Source: Betaproteobacteria bacterium
GTDB lineage: Bacteria > Bacillota > SHA-98 > UBA4971
NCBI GenBank assembly: GCA_050260395.1
Contig: JBLNCC010000124.1
Coordinates: 5,997-69,996 of the forward strand
DNA: 64,000 bases
Direction: 5' to 3'
Positions within the stretch are counted from its first letter, which is position 1. Each line of letters starts with the position of its first letter. A program made the position numbers and the translations under genes. This document shows, piece by piece, positions 19,250-28,856 of this stretch. The notes beneath the pieces were generated by a model that saw only the letters and a list, made by a program, of their open reading frames with translations, did no database searches and was not told where the DNA came from.

Positions 19250-20221
19250 TCATCCGACGCCGTTGCGTGCCACCTGGCGGGCCTCCGCGCCCGTCCGGGC
19301 GGAAAACAGGGTAAAGAGCGCTATCCCCGAGACCACAAGAACGCCTCCCGCGACCGCGGTCGCAGGGGGTGTCTCTTTCAACAGCGCCATCGCCAGCAGG
19401 GTGGCGCCCACAGGCTCCCCCAGCACGCTCACGGATATCACGGATGCGCTCACGTAGCGGAGGGCCCAATTGAACACGGTGTGCCCGAGGATCGTGGGAA
19501 TCGCCGCAAGGGCGAGAAAAAGCAAGTAATCGCGGATGGGGTAGGAATAAAGGCGCGACCCGTGGACAAGACACGTGACGGCGAGGATGACGGTGCATAT
19601 ACCGTACACGACGAAGGCGTACGGCGCCACCGAAAGCCTTTGTCTCACCCCCCTGCCCACGATAACGTAACCCGCGAACATGAGAGCCGAAAGGACAGCG
19701 AGAAGGTCGCCAAAAAGCACCGACCCTCCGCCGGCCGAATCGCCGAGACCGATGACGGCCGACCCGATCACGGCACCCACCGCCCCGGCTACTGCCCAAC
19801 CAGAGACCCTCTCACCGAAGATAAGGCGGCTTGCGAGCATCACAAATAGGGGGTGCGTCTCCACGAGCACCGCCGAGCTCGCGACGGATGTGAGGGAGAG
19901 GGAGGTCATCCACGCCCCGAAGTGCACTGCGAGAAAGCCGCCGGCAAGGAGCGAGAGAGCGAAGTCCCTGCGCCCCATGGCCAACACTTCGCGCCCCCCG
20001 CCCGCAAGCACGAACGGCGCCAACATGAGCGTCGCAAGCCCCATTCTCCACGTGGCTATGACCAGAGGAGGCGCTGACGATAGCCGCACGAAAACCGACG
20101 CGGACGAGACCGCGACAACGCCTATGCCGATGGCGGCCCAGGGCGGAACCCAAGGCCGCTCGCGCGCGCCTAGCGGAAGCCCTGCTGAAGCCCGCGCCTC
20201 CCTTTCCCCCGTGGCACTCAT
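19250..20221 (-). CDS. EamA-family (DMT superfamily) transporter, 10 TM
   Basis: Two EamA repeats of hydrophobic helices. Confidence 0.6.
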   Translation of the reverse strand: MSATGEREARASAGLPLGARERPWVPPWAAIGIGVVAVSSASVFVRLSSAPPLVIATWRMGLATLMLAPFVLAGGGREVLAMGRRDFALSLLAGGFLAVHFGAWMTSLSLTSVASSAVLVETHPLFVMLASRLIFGERVSGWAVAGAVGAVIGSAVIGLGDSAGGGSVLFGDLLAVLSALMFAGYVIVGRGVRQRLSVAPYAFVVYGICTVILAVTCLVHGSRLYSYPIRDYLLFLALAAIPTILGHTVFNWALRYVSASVISVSVLGEPVGATLLAMALLKETPPATAVAGGVLVVSGIALFTLFSARTGAEARQVARNGVG

Positions 20222-20369
20222 GCGACATCACCCCAAAAGGAATCCCCGATCCCCTGCCACCGGCGTCGAAATCAGCGAGCGGCCCGCCGAGGCCTTGGGC
20301 GCGCTCCGCCCTGACGCGGTGACATAACGAGATCTCGTCTTCTCCAGCGCCCCGGCCCCCGCAGCCGCT

Positions 20370-21137
20370 TCACCCGCGAGCGCCTCGGTCGAGGCTCCCG
20401 CACGCGGGGCAGTTGGGGTCGCGCGCGGCGCTCACTTCGCGCCACGTCATGGCAAGCCCGTCAAACAAAAGCAGCCGTCCGACCAAGGCCTCGCCTATAC
20501 CTAGGATGATCTTGAGCGCTTCGAGAGCCTCGATGCTGCCCACCACCCCCGGCACCGCGCCGAGGATCCCCGCTTCTCTCGGCGACGGCACTGTGCCGGG
20601 TGGTGGAGGCGCAGGGAACAGGCACCGATAGCACGGCCCCTTGCCCGGGATGATCGTGAGCACCATGCCGTCGAACCTCAGCACCCCCGCCTCTATCAGA
20701 GGCTTGCCGGCCCTCACGCACGCGTCGTTCACCACGTATCTCGTCTCGAGGTTGTCTACGGCGTCGAGCACCACATCGTACGCCTCGATGAGCTGGGACG
20801 CGTTCTCGGCATTGAGGCTCATGCGGCAGGGAATCACGTGGACGCTGGGGTTCAATCGCCCGATCGCACGCCTCGCGGACTCAACCTTTGCGAGGCCCAA
20901 GTGGTTGACGCTGTGTAGGATCTGTCTCTGTAAATTGGAGACATCGACCACGTCGGAGTCCACCAAGCCCAGGGTCCCCACCCCGGCCGCCGCGAGATAC
21001 ATGGCTGCCGGCGACCCCAAGCCCCCGACGCCCACCACCAGGACCTTGGCCGCCCGGAGCCGTTCCTGGCCCGCCTCACCGATTTCGGGCATCACAAGCT
21101 GCCTGGAATACCGCATCTTCTCTTCATTGGTCAACAT
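20370..21137 (-). CDS. moeB: molybdopterin-synthase adenylyltransferase MoeB/ThiF family (E1-like)
   Basis: RYSRQLVMPEIGEAGQERL and GVGGLGSPAAMYLAAAGVG. C-terminal CxxC pairs. Confidence 0.8.
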   Translation of the reverse strand: MLTNEEKMRYSRQLVMPEIGEAGQERLRAAKVLVVGVGGLGSPAAMYLAAAGVGTLGLVDSDVVDVSNLQRQILHSVNHLGLAKVESARRAIGRLNPSVHVIPCRMSLNAENASQLIEAYDVVLDAVDNLETRYVVNDACVRAGKPLIEAGVLRFDGMVLTIIPGKGPCYRCLFPAPPPPGTVPSPREAGILGAVPGVVGSIEALEALKIILGIGEALVGRLLLFDGLAMTWREVSAARDPNCPACGSLDRGARG

Positions 21138-21242
21138 TTTCGCACCACCGGCCTATGCGCCAGCCCTGACGCGAGCCGGACCGAGCTGGGCTCGGTCCGG
21201 TCGCACTGTGGGTCTGGGTACCTTGGCGCCCCGCCTGGTCAT

Positions 21243-22742
21243 CTAGAGACAGCCCGATCTCTCCACCACCCGCCGGAGCGCCTTTGTAGCCTCGCGTATC
21301 ACTTCATCTTCGTCAAAGGCGAGGAGTTTCCTCCCGTACATAAGGACCCGCCCATCCACGATGGTGGTCTCCACGTCAGACGCGTTCGCCTCGTACACGA
21401 TCCGGGCTGTGACGTCCACACCATCTGCCGGGACCGCGTGGGGCGCCCGAAGGTTCAGGATCACGATATCGGCGCGCTTTCCAGGCTCGATGCTGCCGAT
21501 CTCGTCCTCCAGGCCCATTGCGCGCGCGCCGCCCATCGTCGCCATCTCCAGCACCGTAGGGGCAGGCAGCGCGGTCGGTCCGAGACGAACTTTCTGAATG
21601 AGCGCGGCGTGCCGCATCTCCCGAAACATGTCGAGGTTGTTGTTGCACGGAGCGCCGTCCGCCCCCATCGACACGAACATGCCCATCTCGAGCATCTCGG
21701 GCACCCTCGCGATCCCTGAGGCCAGCTTGAGATTGGACGACGGGCAGTGGACGACCTTCGTGCCCGAATCGCGCAGGATGGCCATCTCTTCATCGTCGAG
21801 CCAGATGCAGTGCGCAAGAACGAGGTTCTGCCCGACGAGTCCGAGCTCGCGGAGGCAAACGACGTTGCGCATGCCTCTGTCCTGCTGCACAAGCTCCACT
21901 TCGCCGCGGTTCTCCGAAGCGTGGGTGTGAACGAGCACGCCTGCGGCCCTCGCCATATCACGGACCCGCACGAGAAGCTGATCCGAGCACGACACGACAA
22001 ACCTCGGCGCGAAAGCGTAACGGATTCTACCGTCATCATGCATGTGCCACCGGTCGAGCAGCGCCTCGCTCTCACGAAGCGAATCCGGGGTGGATTCCTT
22101 GAGACTCGCGGGCACGTCGGAGCCGTAATCCATCATCACTTTCCCGGACGCGGCCCGGATGCCTGACGAGTCGATCGCCCAGAATGCGCTCTCGGTGTGG
22201 TGGACGGTCTCCATATCAATGATAGCCGTGGTTCCACCCTTGATAAGCTCGGCTATGCCGAGCATCGCGGACCAATAGACGCTTTCCTCATCGTGCGCGC
22301 CCTCGAGCGGCCAGATGCGGTTCCGCAGCCAGTCCAGGAGCTCGAGGTCGTCCGCCTGACCCCGAAAGAGCGTCTGACAGAGGTGCACATGCGCCTGGAC
22401 GAACCCCGGAAGCACGATCTTTCCCGCAGCGTCTATGACCATGTCCACGTCATGCCTGTGCACGCCCACGGGAAGCTCGTGAAACCCTGCGTCAGTCGGG
22501 CTCGAGCCGCATTCCTCGTTGCGGGCAATGTGCGCCGAACGTGCCTCGAGACCACCCGCCGCATCTGGATCTGGGCCCGGCCCGCCTCCGTCATTTGAAT
22601 GCCACCGCCCCCTGTGGCCTGACCCCGGCCAGACCACCTCGGCTATCCTCCTCCCGTCGATGAGGACGTCCGCGCCCTCCAGCACCTCTCGTCTACTGTT
22701 CATAGTGACAACGGTTCCGCCGCGGATGAGGATCTTCGCCAC
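21243..22742 (-). CDS. amidohydrolase (chlorohydrolase/guanine-deaminase/SsnA-like metal-dependent hydrolase)
   Basis: LPGFVQAHVHLCQ metal-binding His pair, HASE, and the D near the C-terminus typical of the TIM-barrel amidohydrolase superfamily. Confidence 0.7.
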   Translation of the reverse strand: MAKILIRGGTVVTMNSRREVLEGADVLIDGRRIAEVVWPGSGHRGRWHSNDGGGPGPDPDAAGGLEARSAHIARNEECGSSPTDAGFHELPVGVHRHDVDMVIDAAGKIVLPGFVQAHVHLCQTLFRGQADDLELLDWLRNRIWPLEGAHDEESVYWSAMLGIAELIKGGTTAIIDMETVHHTESAFWAIDSSGIRAASGKVMMDYGSDVPASLKESTPDSLRESEALLDRWHMHDDGRIRYAFAPRFVVSCSDQLLVRVRDMARAAGVLVHTHASENRGEVELVQQDRGMRNVVCLRELGLVGQNLVLAHCIWLDDEEMAILRDSGTKVVHCPSSNLKLASGIARVPEMLEMGMFVSMGADGAPCNNNLDMFREMRHAALIQKVRLGPTALPAPTVLEMATMGGARAMGLEDEIGSIEPGKRADIVILNLRAPHAVPADGVDVTARIVYEANASDVETTIVDGRVLMYGRKLLAFDEDEVIREATKALRRVVERSGCL

Positions 22743-24581
22743 CTACGCCACTCCTTTCGCTTCTATCCCAAGCGCCTCGATCTTCTCTCGGGTGGGCACG
22801 CCATCAAGAGTCCACCCGCGTCTGGAATAGTACTCGGGGAGCATCCTCGCCAGGTCCACTGTCACGCCTTTCGCGGGCCCTTCGGGGAGGCCTTCCGTCA
22901 GAAAACGCTTGGGAAGGGTATCGTCATCCGGCGTCATACCGCACCGCAGGTTGAAGATTCTTTCCGTATTAACGATCCTCTCGCCTATGGTAAGGAGGTC
23001 TGTCTCAGAGTAGCATCGCCCCATCGCAAATGTCAGAAGGTCCGCGACGTCCTTCGGCATGACGGCGTAAGTCGCAAACGTGCAGTACTTGCATATCTCG
23101 GCCGAGTCGCACACCGCGCCGTAGTTCTCATGCCAGATGACCATCGGGACCTTGCCGTTCTCGGTGTACGGGTTCACACAGTCAGGGCTCCCGAACCAAC
23201 GGACCCCTTCCTCCCTCGTCTTGCTAAGGAGCTCGAAGTTGGGAAGGGCGCGCAGGTGATCTCCACCCCTGCTTGCCACGGCTTCGCCCAGCGCAAAGCC
23301 CTTGCCAGTGCGCACGTCGAACGCCGGAAGCTCGAGCCCTTTCACGTGAAGGGCAAACCCCTCGCTGCCGGGGATCTCGCGAGACATCGCCTTCACGCCT
23401 TTTGCGAGGAAGGCCCCGATGCCGTCGCGGTAAGCGATCTTGCGGAGGCAATCGATGACGAAGTCCGCGTCGCCCCACTCGTATTTCTCGTCGATGAGGC
23501 CGCGCTGCGAGCATTCCATGAGGAACGCGATGCTCGTGCCGACGGATATGGTGTCAAGCCCGTAGTCGTTAGCGAGCTGATTGGCCTTGAGAATGGCTGC
23601 GAGAGACCCCACGCCCACTCTGGTTCCAAGCGTGACCATGGTCTCGTACTCTGGGCCCATGTTCTCGCACTCGTACGGCGCTGAGGTGACCCGGGCGTAG
23701 TTCTTGCAGTGCAGGATGCACGAGAAGCACGCTTTGGAAGCGAGCTTGTAGGTGTCCTGGTACACGTGGCTCGAGATCTTTTCGTAGTGCTCGAACAGGC
23801 CGAGCTGCCCGTTTCTCGTGGAAAGCCCGCCGCCCGCCTGGGCGATGTCCACAAGGATCAGCGTTCCGTACTCGGAAAAGTCCGCGTAGGTTGGATCGGC
23901 CATAAGCTTCCTGTGGCACTCCCGAACCTTCGCGAGGAACCTCTCATCGTCTGCCACCGGAATGTCGCCCGAACCGCGCACAGCAATGGCTTTGAGGTTC
24001 TTGGACCCCATGACCGCGCCCACGCCCGTGCGCCCAGCAGCATCGTGGCCGGCGGTCATGATGTTCGCGTACGGAACGAGGTTCTCACCAGCCTGGCCTA
24101 TGGCGATGACCTTGACGTCCCTCCCGTGCGTCTTCTCGAGGGCGCTCACGGTGTCGAACACGCCTCGTCCCCACAGGTGAGACGCGTCGCGCAGCTCCAC
24201 GTGGTCGTCATCGATGAACAGGTAGACCGGCCCCCTTGCCCTGCCTTCGATAATTACGGCGTCGTACCCGGCGAACCGGAGTTCAGGGCCGAAATGCCCG
24301 CCGGAGTTGGCGTCTCCGAGGAGCCCGGTGAGGGGCGACTTGCAGCCCACAGTGAACCTGCCAGAGGAGGGGGACAGAGTCCCGTCCAACGGGCCTGTGG
24401 CGATGGTCAGGACGTTCTGGGGCGACAGAGGGTCGACGTGAGCGTCAACAAGGTCGTAAAGCACTTTGGAAGTAAACCCGCGGCCTCCGAGGTAGCAGGA
24501 CTTCCACTCCTCCGGCACCCTGGTTTTGCGCGTCCGGCCGGCGGCGAGGTCCACCCAGAGCAACCTATCCATGTACGACAC
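22743..24581 (-). CDS. aor: tungsten-containing aldehyde:ferredoxin oxidoreductase (AOR family)
   Basis: N-terminal WVDLAAGRTRKTRVPEEW...YLGGRGF AOR signature, 612 aa. Confidence 0.8.
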   Translation of the reverse strand: MSYMDRLLWVDLAAGRTRKTRVPEEWKSCYLGGRGFTSKVLYDLVDAHVDPLSPQNVLTIATGPLDGTLSPSSGRFTVGCKSPLTGLLGDANSGGHFGPELRFAGYDAVIIEGRARGPVYLFIDDDHVELRDASHLWGRGVFDTVSALEKTHGRDVKVIAIGQAGENLVPYANIMTAGHDAAGRTGVGAVMGSKNLKAIAVRGSGDIPVADDERFLAKVRECHRKLMADPTYADFSEYGTLILVDIAQAGGGLSTRNGQLGLFEHYEKISSHVYQDTYKLASKACFSCILHCKNYARVTSAPYECENMGPEYETMVTLGTRVGVGSLAAILKANQLANDYGLDTISVGTSIAFLMECSQRGLIDEKYEWGDADFVIDCLRKIAYRDGIGAFLAKGVKAMSREIPGSEGFALHVKGLELPAFDVRTGKGFALGEAVASRGGDHLRALPNFELLSKTREEGVRWFGSPDCVNPYTENGKVPMVIWHENYGAVCDSAEICKYCTFATYAVMPKDVADLLTFAMGRCYSETDLLTIGERIVNTERIFNLRCGMTPDDDTLPKRFLTEGLPEGPAKGVTVDLARMLPEYYSRRGWTLDGVPTREKIEALGIEAKGVA

Positions 24582-24587
24582 CCGTCC

Positions 24588-25025
24588 TCACCTCGTTTTC
24601 AGGGCAAGGGCCCCGGTAGTGCAGAACTTCACGCACATAGGATCGCCGTGGCAGAGGTCGCAGACGAGAACGGTCCCATCGAATATGCGAACCCCGCCGG
24701 ACGGACACGCGGCGACGCACTCGCCGCACAGGTTACACGCGGCGTCGTCCACGAACACCTCCCCGTCGTCCCACGCGAGTGCCCCCCTCTTGCACGCCTC
24801 GACGCAAGGGTGCTCCGTGCAGTGGTTGCACACGTGGAGCTCTTCGCTACACCCGCGCCGGAGCACCTGTATGCGCGCCCGCTTCGGGTTGAACGCGCCG
24901 AAGTGCGCGATGGAGCAGGCAAGCTCGCAGTTCCTGCACCCGGTGCACTTCTCCGGGTTGAACACCCGGATGTCCATGTCGTTCCCGCGCCTCAGCACCT
25001 CGAGCATTTCATACCCTGAAGCCAT
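24588..25025 (-). CDS. 4Fe-4S dicluster ferredoxin-like protein (multiple CxxCxxCxxxCP motifs)
   Basis: Four CxxCxxC clusters. Start chosen at MASGYEM, which gives an ATGA overlap with the upstream hydrogenase stop. Confidence 0.6.
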   Translation of the reverse strand: MASGYEMLEVLRRGNDMDIRVFNPEKCTGCRNCELACSIAHFGAFNPKRARIQVLRRGCSEELHVCNHCTEHPCVEACKRGALAWDDGEVFVDDAACNLCGECVAACPSGGVRIFDGTVLVCDLCHGDPMCVKFCTTGALALKTR

Positions 25026-25026
25026 T

Positions 25027-26991
25027 TCATCGCGCACCTCCTCCCGCCGGTTTGACCGAAGCGCCCGTCGTGCCGGTTCCCCCGGCGGCCGGCGTACCCT
25101 CCGCGTGAGAGCCACCCGCACTTCGATCTGAGCTGTTGAGTTGAGCGGCGAGACGCACCGGGTCATGCAGGAGCTCTTTCGCCCGGCCCCCGCCCGACTC
25201 GCCCAGAAACCGCGCGTAAAGCTCGACGACACCCGGGTTTCGACGCGGGTATCGCTCCGCGATGGCTTGGTCGATAGCCCGCAGCGCCGCGCCCCGCAGC
25301 CGCTCGGGCCCGCCCTCCGCGCCCTCCTGGTTCATCGCGATCGGCTGACCGCCTCCACCTACGCAGCCGCCGGGGCAAGCCATCACTTCGACGAAGTCGT
25401 ATCGCCGCTTTCCCGCCGCCACGTCGTTCAATATCTGCCTTGCTGCCGCAAGCCCTTGGACCACAGCCACGCGCAAGGCAAGGTGGCCGAGGGTCACCGT
25501 CGCTTCAGCCACGCCTGGACCGGGAGGCCCGCTGACAACGCGTCCGTCCCCGTCCGCCTCAAGCCTCACCCCAAGCTCGTCCGCGAGCGCCCGGAGCGCC
25601 GCGTCCATGACCCCGCCCGTAGTGCCGAATATGGCCCCTGCGCCGCTTGCGCTCCCGAGGGGGTCATCGAATCCGCTCTCCTCTAGCGACTCCACGTCCA
25701 TCTCGACCGACTGAATCAGCCGAATGAGCTCGCGCGTGGTGAGGACCGCGTCGACATCGCGCAGTGCGCCCCGCATCCCCCCGGCCCCGTGGTCTGTGCC
25801 GTCGTCCGAGGCTCCAGGCGCTTCCGGGCCTAGCCCTCCTTTCCTCGCGGCCTCGAACTTCTTCGCTGTGCACGGCATCACGGACACGACGTACACGTCC
25901 TCCGGGGCCACGCCCTCGGCCTCGTGGATCACCATCTTTGCGACGGCTCCAGCCATCATGTGAGGCGACTTACATGTTGAAAGGTGCTCAGTGAGGTCGG
26001 GATACTCGGTCTCCACAAACCTCACCCACGCGGGACAACACGAAGTGAACATGGGTAACTTTCCGCCTGTTGCCAGGCGTTGCCTTAGCTCGTGCGCTTC
26101 CTCGACCGCCGTGAGGTCCGCCCCGAACGCCGTGTCGAACACCCTGTCGAACCCGAGCTTTCGCAGGGTGGCTACCATGAGCGTCGTGGAGACCGTCCCC
26201 GGCGGCTTGCCCCATGCCTCTGCGAGGGTAGCCCGGAGCGCGGGTGCCGTCTGAGCTACCATGAGGGTCCCGCGGTCCGCGAGCTGGCGCCTCACCTTAA
26301 CCAGTTCCGACCTCTCCGAGAGTGCTCCAGTGGGGCACGCGACCACGCACTGCCCGCACTCCACGCACCGCGTCGCCGCCGCTCTGTCCTCGAAGGCGAG
26401 CGAACGGCACCGCGCCCACTCCTCGCCCAGGACCCCGCGCGGCCCGGTCCGCTCGATGATGCCGCGGGCCTCCTCGACCTCGGCGGCCAACGACTCATGA
26501 GGAACGATGCCGTGCATCTTCATGCACGCCGCGACGCACCTTCCACACATGATGCACTTGTTCGGATCGCGGACTATCGCTTGGCCCGTCCTGTCCACCG
26601 TAAGCTTCTGCCGCCTCACAGGGAGCCTGCGAACACGCACGCCGAGCTCGTCGCCAAGCGCCTTCAGCTCGCAGTATGCCCTCCGCTCACACACGAGGCA
26701 CTCTCCGGGATGCTGGGCCAAGAGGAACGTCACTACCTCGCGGCGCCTTGCCACCACCCTGTCCGTCGCGGTACGAATGACCATGCCCGGCTCCACAGCA
26801 TGGTCGCATGCGGTCACCAAATCGTCCCTGCCCTCCACCTCGACCACGCACACTCCACACCCCGCGCCGCGCTCGATCCATGGATGGTGGCACAGCGTCG
26901 GCACCCGCGCTCCGGCGCGCCTCGCGGCCTCCAGGATGGTCGTCCCCTCGGGCACACAGCACGCCCGACGGTCCACCAAGACCTCCAGCAC
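25027..26991 (-). CDS. hydA: [FeFe]-hydrogenase catalytic subunit (HydA, monomeric CpI-like M3 architecture: 2Fe-2S, accessory 4Fe-4S clusters, H-cluster domain)
   Basis: H-cluster motifs L1 TSCCPAWV, L2 MPCTAKKFE, L3 EVMACPGGCVGGGGQP. Start set at GTG preceded by GGAGGTGAGG; ORF is open back to 27144. Confidence 0.8.
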   Translation of the reverse strand: MLEVLVDRRACCVPEGTTILEAARRAGARVPTLCHHPWIERGAGCGVCVVEVEGRDDLVTACDHAVEPGMVIRTATDRVVARRREVVTFLLAQHPGECLVCERRAYCELKALGDELGVRVRRLPVRRQKLTVDRTGQAIVRDPNKCIMCGRCVAACMKMHGIVPHESLAAEVEEARGIIERTGPRGVLGEEWARCRSLAFEDRAAATRCVECGQCVVACPTGALSERSELVKVRRQLADRGTLMVAQTAPALRATLAEAWGKPPGTVSTTLMVATLRKLGFDRVFDTAFGADLTAVEEAHELRQRLATGGKLPMFTSCCPAWVRFVETEYPDLTEHLSTCKSPHMMAGAVAKMVIHEAEGVAPEDVYVVSVMPCTAKKFEAARKGGLGPEAPGASDDGTDHGAGGMRGALRDVDAVLTTRELIRLIQSVEMDVESLEESGFDDPLGSASGAGAIFGTTGGVMDAALRALADELGVRLEADGDGRVVSGPPGPGVAEATVTLGHLALRVAVVQGLAAARQILNDVAAGKRRYDFVEVMACPGGCVGGGGQPIAMNQEGAEGGPERLRGAALRAIDQAIAERYPRRNPGVVELYARFLGESGGGRAKELLHDPVRLAAQLNSSDRSAGGSHAEGTPAAGGTGTTGASVKPAGGGAR

Positions 26992-27278
26992 GCCCCTCAC
27001 CTCCAATCGCCCATTCTCTCGTGATCGATCCCTTTCGTCCCCGTTCCGCCACCCGCTCACCGTTCTCGCCGGAGACCCGCGCTCGGCCGGCGCCCGGCGC
27101 CCACCGGTCCCCGCGTGGCAGTGAGGCTCGAAAACACGCTCCATATTCTAGGGAAAACACACGCCCCACTGACCTAACGTGCGCTCCGCGCAACCCCGAA
27201 AGCCTGCGTCCACTCGCTCAGAAGGCCGCCCCAACCGGCCCCGGGGCGCCGAGATCGAGCGAACGATCCCCGGACGCC

Positions 27279-27351
27279 CTCTCATAGCCAGGTTGGTTGC
27301 GGCCTCCTGGTAGAAACGCCTGAACCCACGATTATCAGGTCTATATGAGAG
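27279..27351 (-). ncRNA. guanine-riboswitch-class (purine/xanthine/8-oxoguanine variant) aptamer candidate
   Basis: Minus strand reads CUCUCAUA-UAG-[P2]-GUUUCUACC-[P3 with CCGCAA loop]-C-UAUGAGAG. It has an 8-bp P1, the conserved J2/3 GUUUCUACC, and C at the ligand-specifying J3/1 position. It sits in the leader of the hydA-fd-aor genes inside a purine catabolic cluster. Confidence 0.5.
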
Positions 27352-27446
27352 TAACGCCTTGGAGCGCTATAGTTAGTGTCTTATGAATATTCGGCGGAAA
27401 CCTCGGCACTCCTCCCTACCCCGCCGCAGCGGTCAACGACCCGCGC

Positions 27447-28838
27447 TCACATGCGGGCAGCACGGATCATCACGTCAATCTCGGGCACTTTCGCGCGCTG
27501 TGCCACCCAGTATTCCTGGCTCTTCTGCGCGTTGAGTTCCTCGACCGTCTTGCCCTGCTGCTCCACCCAGGTGTAGTACTTCAGATTGTGCCAGCGCTTT
27601 CGGTTCTCTACCGTGCCTTCGACCACGTAGTCGAGCTTGGCAGAGAGGAATATCGCCTCATAGCGACATGCCGCTTTCACGCGGTCCATCGCGCCGTACC
27701 TCTCCGAGAGCGCCCTCATCACCGACTTGTATCGGTCTATGGCGTCCGTGGCCACGGTGACGATGTTGTCGTTCGGGCCGAATCCGTAGAACTTCGCCGT
27801 CTTGATCGCACCCAGGATGTTGCACACCCCCGAGATCCCGATGATGCCCGAGAGCGTTTCCGCGGCCTCCTGGTCGATCCCCACGTCGCCTGTGAGATAC
27901 TCAAGCCCCACGGGATCGGTCAGAAGCTGAAGTCCTTTCTTGCATTCCAGGTCGTCAACGCACATCATGGCGTCCATGTTGTTCACGTTATGGATCCACG
28001 TAACGTGCTTGTCGCCGATCCCCTGGATGTCATGGGCGCCGTACCCGTTATAGGAAAGCGTGGGACATTGGATAGGCTCGAGGCCCACGATGCGCGTCTC
28101 GTAGAATACCTCTTTCAGGCGGTCGCCGGCCGCGATGGTTCCTGCCGAACCCATCGCCGATACGAACGCTGCCGTTCTCCCGTTTCCTATGCCCTTTTGG
28201 GCGAGCTCCTGGACGGCCTCGACTATGCTGTTGCCGGTGACGTAGTAGTGAAACCGGTAGTTGCCCATCTCCTCGAATTGGTTCAGGACACGCACTCGAT
28301 CTGGGTCCGCCCCAACCAATTCCTTGCACTTGTCGTAGATCTCCTTGACGTTGCTCTCGCAGCCCGGTGTCGCGATGGCACGCGCGCCGTAGAACGCTAT
28401 CCGCTCGAACCGCTCGGCGCTCATTTGCTCTGGCAGTATGACAAGAGAGTCATACCCCATCCTCGGGCCCACCCAGGCCCCGCCGATCCCGTAGTTGCCT
28501 GTGGACGGCCATACCAGCGTGTGTTCCCCCGGCCGGATCTCCCCACGGAGCTGCTTCTCCACGGCCACGGAGTACGTCGCCCCCACCTTGTGGCTGCCTG
28601 TGGGGAAGTCTCTGCTGTAAAGGAGGATGATGTTTGGCTCCACCCCCGTCAGCGCCTTCGGCACCACGAAGCACCTCACCTTGTTGTCCGGCCCTTTCCA
28701 CGTGATGTTGTACAAGTTGACGGGATCGAGCACGTCCTCCTGAAACGCCTTGAGGGCCCTCTCCCTCACGTTCGGGTTGATGCGCTCGGGATGGAGCATC
28801 TCCTCGAACGTGGGGCCATACACCAGCTTGCGTGTCAT
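27447..28838 (-). CDS. PLP-dependent fold-type II enzyme (TrpB/cysteine-synthase-like), substrate unknown
   Basis: FPTGSHKVG lysine-PLP motif and STGNYG glycine loop. 463 aa. Confidence 0.55.
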   Translation of the reverse strand: MTRKLVYGPTFEEMLHPERINPNVRERALKAFQEDVLDPVNLYNITWKGPDNKVRCFVVPKALTGVEPNIILLYSRDFPTGSHKVGATYSVAVEKQLRGEIRPGEHTLVWPSTGNYGIGGAWVGPRMGYDSLVILPEQMSAERFERIAFYGARAIATPGCESNVKEIYDKCKELVGADPDRVRVLNQFEEMGNYRFHYYVTGNSIVEAVQELAQKGIGNGRTAAFVSAMGSAGTIAAGDRLKEVFYETRIVGLEPIQCPTLSYNGYGAHDIQGIGDKHVTWIHNVNNMDAMMCVDDLECKKGLQLLTDPVGLEYLTGDVGIDQEAAETLSGIIGISGVCNILGAIKTAKFYGFGPNDNIVTVATDAIDRYKSVMRALSERYGAMDRVKAACRYEAIFLSAKLDYVVEGTVENRKRWHNLKYYTWVEQQGKTVEELNAQKSQEYWVAQRAKVPEIDVMIRAARM

Positions 28839-28856
28839 AACTCTCTCACCTTTCCG

